From contig JAUGWO010000113.1 in the NCBI GenBank assembly GCA_049724395.1, positions 173,563 to 193,562 of the forward strand: a stretch of 20,000 nucleotides of DNA, given 5' to 3'. This stretch comes from Spongospora subterranea f. sp. subterranea (taxonomy: Eukaryota). The notes under the pieces are model-generated. The model was not told where the DNA came from and did not search any database. It saw nothing but the letters and a program-made list of their open reading frames with translations. Positions within the stretch are counted from its first letter, which is position 1. The number at the start of each line of letters is the position of its first letter. The position numbers were made by a program, and so were the translations under genes. Below are positions 1 through 10,739 of the stretch, one piece after another.

Positions 1-262
1 AAGGGAAAGACTCACAATCGCAAAAGTGATTAGAGACTTGCGAATCCGTGTGCGACAAACGTTGATTGTTCGGCAAACTTATAGCTCGCCGCCAAGTCAG
101 ACCCGCTCGCCGAACCCGATCTGGATGCCAACCCTTGCTGTCTCTTCCGTTCATTGTCTGTTTTATTTCACGTTGTGTGGTTTTTGTTTTTGTGTGGACC
201 CAAAGTACCTCAGTGTATCTGGTGTAACGTTCAGCTGTTATCTCATGTAATGTTACTCGTAT

Positions 263-303
263 ATAAGACTTAACGAGGGAAGTTCTATGACAGGTGTCCT
301 GCT
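263..303. repeat. Degenerate partial copy of the 67-bp tandem unit
   Basis: ATAAGACTTAACGAGGGAAGTTCTATGACAGGTGTCCTGCT matches the array unit with about 2 differences and carries the 'CCTGCT' variant seen in array units 12-15. Confidence 0.85.
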
Positions 304-407
304 TTTCTTGTCATGGTTGCCTGCGTCATGTCGCCAGAATGATCGTCGGTGTCCCAATCCCAAACGTGAATAGAGTAATCGGGAACTAGGGGCAGTTCTA
401 AACAGGT

Positions 408-900
408 TGTAACGGGACTTTTCCGTTCATGTTCCGGCAGATGTGTTGCGTCACCAAGCCGCTAATCGCAAAGCGTTGCGTCATGATGCGTGACGCTGCC
501 GGATTGGGCAAGACGAGATTGGTTGAGACATGTGGTTCATTTGTTTAAGACAATTAATCTTTATGATGCCATGGGTTCATGCCTTTGAGACGATTTTCAT
601 CTTTATAAAGCCATTTTGTTCTAACGCTTGAATCTCTGAGGCCGACGTCTCGCAAACCGTCACATTACCAATTTGTGAATGATTGTGAGAACCGCTCGTC
701 GGCCTCAGAGATTGAAGCTTTAAAACAGTATGGCTTTATAAAGATCAACCGTGGGAAAGAAATGAACCCCATAGTCTCAACCAATTTCGTCTTTCCCAAT
801 GCGGTAGCGTCGTGCCTCATGACGCAACACATCCCGACCAATACGATCATCTTGGTGACGCAACACATCAGCCGGAACATGGACGGAGGTTCCCGTTACA
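408..900. mobile_element. 493-bp non-autonomous fold-back element with TGT...ACA ends and 4-bp TSD (Ginger/TDD-like MITE)
   Basis: Starts TGTAACGGGA (408) and ends TCCCGTTACA (900). AGGT flanks both sides (404-407, 901-904). Imperfect inverted arms run almost to the centre (~665-672). It splits a 67-bp unit (GGGCAGTTCTA..ACAGGT | AGGTGTCCTGG). The Ginger assignment is inferred from the termini and TSD length only. Confidence 0.8.
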
Positions 901-2142
901 AGGTGTCCTGGTGTAGCAGCACATGTATCGCAATCTGATAAGACTTAACGATGGGCAGTTCTATGACAGGTGTCCTGGTGTAGCAGCACATGTATCGCAA
1001 TCTGATAAGACTTAACGATGGGCAGTTCTATGACAGGTGTCCTGGTGTAGCAGCACATGTATCGCAATCTGATAAGACTTAACGATGGGCAGTTCTATGA
1101 CAGGTGTCCTGGTGTAGCAGCACATGTATCGCAATCTGATAAGACTTAACGATGGGCAGTTCTATGACAGGTGTCCTGGTGTAGCAGCACATGTATCGCA
1201 ATCTGATAAGACTTAACGATGGGCAGTTCTATGACAGGTGTCCTGGTGTAGCAGCACATGTATCGCAATCTGATAAGACTTAACGATGGGCAGTTCTATG
1301 ACAGGTGTCCTGGTGTAGCAGCACATGTATCGCAATCTGATAAGACTTAACGATGGGCAGTTCTATGACAGGTGTCCTGGTGTAGCAGCACATGTATCGC
1401 AATCTGATAAGACTTAACGATGGGCAGTTCTATGACAGGTGTCCTGGTGTAGCAGCACATGTATCGCAATCTGATAAGACTTAACGATGGGCAGTTCTAT
1501 GACAGGTGTCCTGGTGTAGCAGCACATGTATCGCAATCTGATAAGACTTAACGATGGGCAGTTCTATGACAGGTGTCCTGGTGTAGCAGCACATGTATCG
1601 CAATCTGATAAGACTTAACGATGGGCAGTTCTATGACAGGTGTCCTGCTGTAGCAGCACATGTATCGCAATCTGATAAGACTTAACGATGGGCAGTTCTA
1701 TGACAGGTGTCCTGCTGTAGCAGCACATGTATCGCAATCTGATAAGACTTAACGATGGGCAGTTCTATGACAGGTGTCCTGCTGTAGCAGCACATGTATC
1801 GCAATCTGATAAGACTTAACGATGGGCAGTTCTATGACAGGTGTCCTGCTGTAGCAGCACATGTATCGCAATCTGATAAGACTTAACGATGGGCAGTTCT
1901 ATGACAGGTGTCCTGGTGTAGCAGCACATGTATCGCAATCTGATAAGACTTAACGATGGGCAGTTCTATGACAGGTGTCCTGGTGTAGCAGCACATGTAT
2001 CGCAATCTGATAAGACTTAACGATGGGCAGTTCTATGACAGGTGTCCTGGTGTAGCAGCACATGTATCGCAATCTGATAAGACTTAACGATGGGCAGTTC
2101 TATGACAGGTGTCCTGGTGTAGCAGCACATGTATCGCAATCT
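901..2142. repeat. Tandem array of a 67-bp unit, about 18.5 copies
   Basis: Unit AGGTGTCCTGGTGTAGCAGCACATGTATCGCAATCTGATAAGACTTAACGATGGGCAGTTCTATGAC starts at 901, 968 ... 2107. Copies are identical except for one G>C change in four adjacent units (starts 1638, 1705, 1772, 1839). Confidence 0.98.
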
Positions 2143-2317
2143 CATGCCCTCGTGATCTTGGCACATCACTATTTGTGATCTGTACTCACACAGATATGAC
2201 ACACCCCTCTTTGGCACTGATATTTAGCACCGCAATGTCGGCAATAGAGATCTCGCTCTCTTCTATCAAGGTTTGCGTATCTTTCGCCTCACTAAGATTG
2301 TTTGTAACTTTGTGATT

Positions 2318-2605
2318 CTGAGTTGTTGTGCTTGAATGCGTTTCTGCTTCTGCTTTGTGGGACTTGGCAAACTGCAATAAATTGTGTTAGCTTCGTTTCA
2401 CTTTGCAATGCTTTTACCAATCCATTGGCACTTTGCCGGTTTTGAAGTGACTTCCAATCCCAATGGATTGTAAAAGCACTGCAGACTTCACTATCGATAC
2501 TGAAAAAGAAGCTAACACAATCGTTGCGAGTGGCCAAGCACAGATATTTTCCACTTCCTACAAAGCAGAAGCGTTATAGGATCTGTATCAACAATGTGGG
2601 CTCAC
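2318..2605. repeat. Imperfect inverted repeat (long hairpin)
   Basis: 2346-2362 pairs with 2556-2572, 2381-2394 with 2508-2521 (14 bp perfect), and 2409-2428 with 2460-2478. The outer limits are approximate. Confidence 0.85.
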
Positions 2606-4240
2606 TTGAGGTATTGACGATGTTTGTTGTTTAGTTATTTACGTCCAACGACAGTGACAGCAACACCTGCGTATGAATCAGATCAAAACCCTAACGCCTG
2701 ATCGTTATTATACCCTTATCATGTGTCTGATCCAGTTCTGCACAATTCCACCGACACCCCAAGCTATCTTCAATATTTTGAGGACCTTAAACCTGCCCAT
2801 TTTTCCAGCTCCGGTTGGTCAGCTCGGTCATTTATCTAACGTCCCATCATCCTTATTTCACTTTATTATCCAGTTGTATCTGATTGGTCAGTTTTCTCAA
2901 TCCCCTGATCTTTGGTCAGGGTATGTTGCGCTCGTTTATCAGACCATGCAAGGCCACTTATGATGAATTGTCTTGCCCCAGTTCATTCCTTTCTCTTCCT
3001 AGTTCGACTGATCCCCTATCGTCAACTCCCAACACCATTGTTTATTTGAACCGCGACATTTGAAGTGGGCGTACAAAGTTGTTGGCCGATTATATGTCTA
3101 AATCCGGTTTATCCGGAAGCCATATTTCGACGTCGCTTCAGAAGTTCCTCCAGACACTTCCGCCGGCTTGTAGGCGACATCTCGGCCCAAAACCAATCCA
3201 GTTAGGAGTCGTCCAGAACTGTGCGGGCAGGTTTGGAGCATCACCTGAACAGAATATAACCGCCGCCCTTGGGGGAGTCGGTAATCGGTTCTCAGGTAGC
3301 AGATTAACTCATAAAACGGTTCGTTTGTTGGCTAAATTCGGTCATTAGTCAATTGTAATTCATGATCCAGATCAGGTACAGGTTCGGCATCTATCAACAT
3401 TCTCGCCATTGTCCTAAAGGATTGTCATTGTCAATAGAGATGGTTCCGTTTCTGGCCATGCCGATGGCAGTCTACCTACGAAGCCCCTGACCATTGACAC
3501 CAAATGTCAGTCATAACTAGCTCTTTGATCTGCATTGCGACTGTTGACATTTTTGCGCCAAAGACCAATGAAAATACTGTTTCGTCCTCAGTTTGTAAGT
3601 CGATCGATGAATATGTTCCTGATTGCGGATTCACGCCCTCTCGTTCAGATAAACACCAGCCAGATCCGTTTTTCGAGCATTTAATCTCAACTTAATGCTC
3701 AGAGATTTGTTTCGAAACCGTCAGCCGATTTGTCTCGCTAATTGCATTGAATAAGAACCGTTCTCGAAGAAGAATTCCTTTAATTTTTTCGAGAAGTTTG
3801 TTGCCACCCAATATTCTTCTTACACGCATCACTTGTTTGGTTGCGACTTAAAAGATATATCGGGTTAACCTACCCCTCAATTCGTACTTTTCAAGTTTGT
3901 TCGCAACCTCCAGCAAGAAATAATACATTGCTTTTTCAATTGAAGAGTTTTGGGGTGTTATTCAGAAGTTGTGTCTGTTTTTCCTACTGGATGAACCTGG
4001 GCCGTTATACCAATCGGATTATGGTGTTTGAACAGTATATGGCGACATTATTAAACAACGTGGAGAGGATATTGCCCCGAACACTCGCAATAGGTTGTCG
4101 TTCGACTCCCTATTTGACCGTTCGTAGAGTAATTACAATTAGTGACATGTAGATAGAGCAGTTGGACGTGTTTTTCCCTCGAAACCGTGTTTCTAAAAAA
4201 AACTGATAATCGCTCATATAAGTATACAGTATATTCGCTA

Positions 4241-4294
4241 TTTGTTGTGGAATGGGAAGGGGGGCGGCTGTTTGTTGTGAAATGGGAAGGGGGC
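4241..4294. repeat. Short direct repeat (2 copies, ~30-bp period)
   Basis: TTTGTTGTG(G/A)AATGGGAAGGGGG occurs twice. Confidence 0.85.
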
Positions 4295-5101
4295 TATATT
4301 ATCTTCGAATCCTTTTGTCATTGCATTGACAGTTGCTGGTGTCAGGGTCCCCTTCACCGGATTCCCAGCACTTTTTCAATATCAATTTGGTTTTACGGCA
4401 ATTCGAGCGATGGAAGAACGAAAAGAACGAGGGCGAGACATTTTTATCAAATCAGCTGATTGTATTGATGCGACAAAGGCATGGGGATGTTCCATAGAGG
4501 AAATTCTCCTCGTGTTTCAATGGTATCGGATTCTCAATGAGTCGGAAATAACAGGATACAATATCGGTCAGAATGCGGAAACAAATCAGAGAAGTCTGAT
4601 AATTGGGACGGATGTAGGGTAAAGGATGCAGAGTATATTGGACACACACAGTTCAGGGCAGTTTCCGACTCGAATGGCTTCCGACCAATCATATCAACAC
4701 TTCTCAACCAATACATCATTGTCTTGTTCCCCCGAATTGGACCATCCCCATAACCTCCTCTTGTGCCTTTTGTTAGGAATACAATGAGGCGAAACACGAC
4801 AATGATATATTGTCGAAAGGCGACGGGACTAGTGGCCAAGGGGCGATACCTGTCGGAAGAAAAATCTTCTCGGATGAATATTGTTTACCGGTCATCACCG
4901 TGCTTTGATGACTCCCTCTGACCAGTAATTCTGTATAAAAGATGATGACACCCCTGACATTACCTCTCTTTGCTCAAGAGGAGAAACCCTCTTAACAAAT
5001 TCCTTCTACCCTGTTGAACTAATGTAGGGATTCGTAATAGGTTTCGAGGAGACAGCCTCGTGGAGGTTGTGTTGAAGCGACGTGTAATGGCTCAATGGTG
5101 T

Positions 5102-5198
5102 TTGTTAATGGACCCAGTCCGCCGGTTGCACTTGATTGGCAGGGTTATCCGGTATCAGACAGGACGTGCAACCGGTAGACTGGATCTGGCATTGATGA
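5102..5198. repeat. Imperfect inverted repeat (~100-nt hairpin)
   Basis: CCAGTCCGCCGGTTGCAC pairs with GTGCAACCGGTAGACTGG, extended by TTGTTAATG / CATTGATGA through G-U pairs. Confidence 0.75.
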
Positions 5199-5617
5199 CT
5201 TTGGTAATGGGGAGTGGCCTTAAAAATTTGTAGTCGAGTTTGTCAGAGGGTCGATTGGTGGCGACTGCAGATACCAACTAAAAACAACACATCGATAGAT
5301 GTATTATTAAGAACGTCCGATATGGCATGTACATGACTGATCGTAAAACATATGTAATCAGTAGATAGAGATATTGATAACTTCCATTATACACCAACAA
5401 TACAAAGGAATGTGACTCCCTCCTCTGCGGCATTTTCAAACCGAACCTGGTTCGATTTGAAACGAACCTGGGTTCGAAAACCGATCTGATGGATATGGAT
5501 CCCCCCGCTACAACACCAGGTGTATATATGGATGACTGTGTGCCAGTGCGGGCTCAACAAGGTTCAGGGTTCAAAAAAGTTCAAAATTGAATCCGCCCCG
5601 GATTACGGTATTTCGGT

Positions 5618-6580
5618 ATGTTGGAGTTGCTATTATACGCCACTCTCACGACCATAGCATGTTCGTGTCCAGACAATGAACTCAAATCTCCCCCGTTCTA
5701 TTCCAATCCCGTTTTCTCCCTCGCTCAAGTCTCTCATGACCAGGATTCCTCACAAACTAATCTACCTGTTCAATCGTCTCTCCCCAGTACCGTTGAACCT
5801 CAACCAGCGTGTGCTTCCTCCTTTGACCCTGACCAATTACCTCATGATGACATTTTTCACCAATTTATTGACTACTCACAGGTCGATGCTTTCCACCCGA
5901 CGTTGCAATCCAAAATAGCCATCCTCAAACATCGAATGGATGTGTCCTTCTGCCACTATGTCGTCAGAATCTGTGATGACTATCGCGATATTAGTTCAAA
6001 TACCCAAAGTCTTTATCAGGATTTGATCAAACGTTTTCGACATGATATTGCGGAGGCGGAGAAAGAATTGTGTCAAAATTGGTTCAATCTGGCTGTCCGC
6101 TTGCTGCGACAAATCTATGGTCGTCTGCCTCGGCGTGGTGTCGACGTTATCAAACGAGCACTCGAACAACGTTTTGGTCCAGATAATGGCAATGTGTTTT
6201 TTTTGGCATATCGTAAACGCTCTGGTAAAGCCTTGCAAAGTCTCGTGTGGAGACTGAATGAACCCAACTTCCACATATTTCATTTTTTGCATGCGTTTTT
6301 GACTCATTTGTCATCATTCCCCCTTCTTCTTGAATATATCAGATCCAACTTTTCTCCTGACCAGCAACCGAGTGCCTACGTCCTGGACAATACCGTCATG
6401 ACTCATGTTCGTGGATGTCAGAACACTGCATTCGCCCGGCTTTGGAATAAGAGACATGAACTCCTATCCGAAAACAACAAACGCTTGCACCAACTTCAAC
6501 TTGCTTTCACGAACTTCAAGCTCCCAGATTGTCCAAACAATAATCAAAGGTTCTCCATTGATAAACAGTCAAAGTATTGA
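5618..6580 (+). CDS. Hypothetical protein, probably secreted (effector-like); may be the 5' part of a longer disrupted gene
   Basis: Longest ORF (320 aa) with a true ATG. It has a hydrophobic N-terminus (MLELLLYATLTTIACSC), a Pro/Ser/Gln-rich linker and a helical-looking body. A TATATAT motif lies at ~5523. No family recognised. Confidence 0.6.
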   Translation: MLELLLYATLTTIACSCPDNELKSPPFYSNPVFSLAQVSHDQDSSQTNLPVQSSLPSTVEPQPACASSFDPDQLPHDDIFHQFIDYSQVDAFHPTLQSKIAILKHRMDVSFCHYVVRICDDYRDISSNTQSLYQDLIKRFRHDIAEAEKELCQNWFNLAVRLLRQIYGRLPRRGVDVIKRALEQRFGPDNGNVFFLAYRKRSGKALQSLVWRLNEPNFHIFHFLHAFLTHLSSFPLLLEYIRSNFSPDQQPSAYVLDNTVMTHVRGCQNTAFARLWNKRHELLSENNKRLHQLQLAFTNFKLPDCPNNNQRFSIDKQSKY

Positions 6581-7500
6581 GTCAATTTTTGTCACAATAT
6601 TGATTGATTTTCACAGAATGTGCTAAATTTTCATGTAGCCAATGGCAGGATGAGACCTGTATCAGACGAATACCAAATACTACTCTTTAGCACTGCATCA
6701 TTCTTTCGTACGAATTTTACGATTGATTGTCATATCGCAATTACAGGACGATCGCTGCATTACTCGGTATAACATCCGTCCAGAAAACCCCACAACCGCT
6801 ACCGCTCTCTTCTGGGCGATTCGCGTTTGCAGACTTCTTGAACATTGTCCTTGCGGTCAAACGACCATTGACCGATGATTTCCAGTTGGAAGAATTGGAT
6901 TTGTTTCAGAAGTATTCAACCGATTGATGACAATAATCAGACTGATTATGGGCGATAATGCTCTCAATAACCTCAATCGCTTCATTAGTGAGACCATGTT
7001 GAACTTTTCCTGCAGCACAAAAACTATTGCATTGTGAAATATTCGGTTAGGAAATCTGTTGAATGGAGGTCCATCGTTGACCATGATTACTGTACCGCCC
7101 TTGAGTGAACAAGATGAGACAGGATCAGTAAATGAACTGTTATGACACACACTATTCTGATTTCCAAATTCTGTAGAGCGATTTAAAGTCATTTTTGATA
7201 ATGTCGGGCCCGTTTCCACGTCGCATCAAAATCTGGAAATCCCTGCGATAATTGGTTGAAGAGTCAATATATTTCGAGAAAGGGTTTGTTTGGGGAGCCT
7301 GTATGGATCAATCGAATAATCTCCATCCTGATAAGCCATTTTAATCGCAAATTCTTGATGAACGGTAAGGAAATAGGCCTGATTATTGCTGGACTTTATT
7401 GGTTCCTGTTCCATAAGCACATCATTGACTGTAAAATCCGACACAGATTTATCGGAACACCCTTCATCGTAATGATCTGTTTATTCCATCTATAGCGAAT
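6581..7500 (+). pseudogene. Possible degraded 3' continuation of the 5618 gene
   Basis: Protein-like segments in shifting + frames (SYRNYRTIAALLGI..FADFLNIVLAVKRP; SEVFNRLMTIIRLIMGDNALNNLNRFISE; FPNSVERFKVIFDNVGP) are broken by isolated stops. Confidence 0.35.
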
Positions 7501-7699
7501 CCCAAAGCAATGAAGGAGTACCATTTTCGGTATATCAGTTGCAGTCAACTTCCCACGATATCGATATCATTGCCCTCTTCGGCAAAATATTTTCAAGTTT
7601 AAAAGAATCTTAAACACTGACTCTCAAGTGGGTTTGGCTCAGGGGTACTCTGGGAACTTTTTTCAGAAACTCACAGGAACATCGGCAAAATCAAACATT

Positions 7700-9050
7700 C
7701 TTTGACGATTGCACGAGTTTTTTGGAAGAGATTTTCCCTCAAGTTTGTCATGTGATCAAATTCTTTTAGGCAAGTATTGCGGCAGGCGTCGTCGATACCT
7801 TGCGGCTGCATATAAGCGCACAGGAGAACTTTAGGATTGCATCATTGATACTCCAGCGTTGTTAGACAGGACTGCCTCAATGTACTTGATTCTCGCCGTC
7901 GAACAAATCCTGCTCAATTCAAACAAAGGCTGGATTTCTATTTGATTGTCAACGGGTTTTTTGGTGTCTCTTTGAATCGGAAATGCATAACCGAACTGGA
8001 ATTCAAAAATCAGATACGGAAAAAAGGTGTGTATTATGATGGGCATGATCGTGAAGATGTCCACAAAATTAACATAAGACGTTCCTGCGTTTGTTAAACT
8101 CCTATCGAGCCACGTCGTACTGTCTACATTGACGATAGAATGGATGTTGCTATTCCGCCTGAAGATAGTAATGCTGTCCCCATACGCGTGTCATATCACG
8201 ATGAGAGCATATTCTACGCGAATGAAATTAGTGATACATAATGTGGTCGAGATGACGATCAAGAATTGCTTAAGAAAGGGGTCGGTCGCTGTCTCCATGT
8301 TTCTGACTTCATGTTTAAATCATGTGGATTCTTAAACATGGAAACAAGTTTTCACAGCAGATCAAGTTTTAAAGCTGTGCAAGAATGGGTTGCTGCCCCA
8401 AAATCATCGAAGTCGTTTGATAATATGCCCAGGCAACAATGCAGACCCCTGGTGAGATTGTGAGCAGTTGTTTGAACAATGTAAACACACAATGGACTTT
8501 TTTGAGATCGCATATTCTGGAGAGATAATGTGTGCCATGTTTGATTGCTTCAGCAATCCTAAAGAATTTTTGCACATAACGCTCTCGTAGTGTCTCGCGT
8601 GAACATGAATCCCGAAGGCAAACAGCCCTTTGATGCTCTATACTTTCTTCATTCCCGTTCACCAGGTTACCCGTTCACCAGGTTCGAAATATATTATCGT
8701 CGAAATGTGGTCATACACTAACTATCTACTGAAAACATTTAGCGAAATCAGATTGACCCAACTCCTGTTCCACAATCAATGGTCTTCCTGAACGACCGAC
8801 CATCCCTATTTTGCGGGACAAGCAAAAGGAATGTTGCGAGTTGTACAAGAACGAGGGATTCTCCAGAGCATGGCAAATGCATTGGCATTTGTAAAGACTA
8901 CAAAACTAACAAACTTAAGAATCCAGAAATTCGTACATGCTGTTTAAGCAGAATTTTGGAGTTGGAAGCAGATTTTTCATCCGAAAAATCCGCTCTTGAA
9001 CAATATTTCGTAGGACGTGGACATCCTCCTTTCATATGGCCAGATACGTG
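7700..9050 (+). mobile_element. Degenerate, rearranged IS630/Tc1/mariner-superfamily DDE transposase (type with a long insertion in the catalytic domain)
   Basis: Motifs in family order across frameshifts: AAAYKRTGEL (~7803), RKKGVYYDGHDREDV (~8017-8061), YHDESIFYANE (~8194-8226), LKKGVGRCLHVSDF, QSMVF, GQAKGMLRVVQERGI, CCLSRILELEADFSSEKSALEQYFVGRGH. The FDNS and PKFHCELNPIE segments are missing. Confidence 0.85.
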
Positions 9051-10200
9051 CGAAGAGGATTTTGCATTTCCGCTTCCTGGTTAGGCTCTTGTTTATAAAA
9101 CTGTTCCAAAGAGAAGGATTTGATCATGAGTTCACAGGCAGAAACATGTCCAGTGCACTAGATTCTATTTGCTGGGTGAAAAGGGCCATCACAATTTCAC
9201 ATATTGATGTGTTCATTGAATTTTGGATTGATCGCAACCATGTCTTGTGTCGGAGTCCGAATATATTCGTACGATATATTGATTTTGATTTGTAGGCCAA
9301 GCGAATTTGTGTTCATCGCCATACGGTTTTGACATTAATCGGGCAGATTATCATCGATTTCAAGAAATTTCTGGTTGTTGCTGATGTAATCTTAAGTCGC
9401 GGCGACGCCCTTTTTCATACGACAATGAAAACCGGAATTATTGTTGTGATTCGTGTTTATTCCAGTGTATTTGGCTCATTATAATCGGAATATGGTGAAA
9501 ACTTTATCTGGTGACGATATCAATAGATTATTATGATGTCAGATGATATCCCGACAGGTCCAGGTACCCCAACCAATGAAAACGAACACATATAATGGGA
9601 TGATCGTAAAATCGGCAATCCCAATCGGAAGGTCTTAAGAAATGGCTTCAGAACCTGAGATCTCATCGAACTGTGTCTCACACAAATGAAATCACCACTC
9701 AGTCGAGTCGGTTAGAGATGCCAATCGGGTTGAAACCCTCCAATCCGAGTTGTGCAAAAGTCCTATCTGATTGAACCCGGACTCCTTGCCGAAGAGAGCG
9801 ATTGCCGTAAACATAGTCAGAATCTAGTGAATAAAACTACAGTCTAGGAATTTACGAGCAATGGGACTCTTGTAATCTTTTCAATTCATTTGGATATCAA
9901 TCGTAAATCAGCGCGCTCATTCAGGATCCTGCAGCGAATGATGGAAATACTATTTGCCTTCCATCAATTGCAGCTGGCAGTATGGCCAACCTGTAAACTC
10001 AGTTCATTGCAATCAAAGTCCATTTTGCTCATGTTCCACCACCGTTCCTGAAATTGCTGAAGGGCCTCGCGACGAGCATTAGATCACTGGAAGGTAAATT
10101 TGTTTTGTGTTGTGCTGTCCAATTTGCGATCAACTTGTTCATGTTAGGATCGTTCTCAGTCGCAGATGGCGACTGTTGGGACACACTGCATCGGTATGGG

Positions 10201-10470
10201 TGGCAACGGTGGGTTCAATGTTGCATGCAACAGACACTTGGCGTGAAAGGGCACGATGACGCCTTTTTTATTGGATTTATTGGATCGGTCTGAAATTTGC
10301 ACACACTCTGGGCAAAATGCCTGACTAAAGTTGCTGTCTGGTTTTCGGATTCATCATCATGAAATTCCGAATTGAGCAATCACCATCGTTGGCAGCCTCT
10401 ACTTTCACGCCAAGTGTGGCTCAGTCTTTTGCAATCTTGATCAGCAATCGAATTCACATGAGAATCGCCA
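10201..10470. repeat. Imperfect inverted repeat (long hairpin)
   Basis: Perfect 16-bp core ACACTTGGCGTGAAAG (10234-10249) / CTTTCACGCCAAGTGT (10402-10417), with additional nested and flanking stems that use G-U pairs. Confidence 0.65.
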
Positions 10471-10739
10471 AGCAGGGTGGAAATTACTGCATCAACCATG
10501 TAGCTGGCGCAACGAAAATGACGGAAAGGATTGTTGACTCGAATCGAAACGCTGCTCCATGCAACTGGCTGACGTGACGAACCTGGAGAAAAACGACGGC
10601 GTCTGGATCACAACTCACGTCGATTATAATGCTCTGTAAGGTGTGACATTTTGATCGAGTCAACCCAGCGTTCGCAGATGAGCAAGACCACACCGACAAA
10701 CTATTCACCGTTTGGGTTGCCCTGAACACACATCCTGGC

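Noticed and set aside
665..938. Overlapping ORFs on both strands
   Set aside because: They lie in the arm of the fold-back element and have no coding signature.
901..2142. CRISPR array
   Set aside because: Units are contiguous and identical with no unique spacers, there are no cas genes, and the context is eukaryotic.
901..2142. Hammerhead ribozyme or tRNA tandem repeat
   Set aside because: CTGATAAG is not CUGANGA and there is no GAAA core on either strand. TGGTGTAG and AGTTCTA only loosely resemble A/B boxes and no cloverleaf forms.
2700..3900. Possible degraded gypsy gag/integrase on the minus strand (WFWAEM..KCLE)
   Set aside because: The resemblance is too weak and no ordered motif series could be established.
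4326..4839. Kinase-like remnant (LILKKCWES) on the minus strand
   Set aside because: A single short motif with no HRD, DFG or APE equivalents.
10560..10665. PIF1/Helitron helicase C-terminal motifs on the minus strand (TRSKCHTLQSIIIDV; FSPG..VAWSSV)
   Set aside because: The key KSQG and YVALSR residues are absent and no other helicase motifs were found, so it may be chance.
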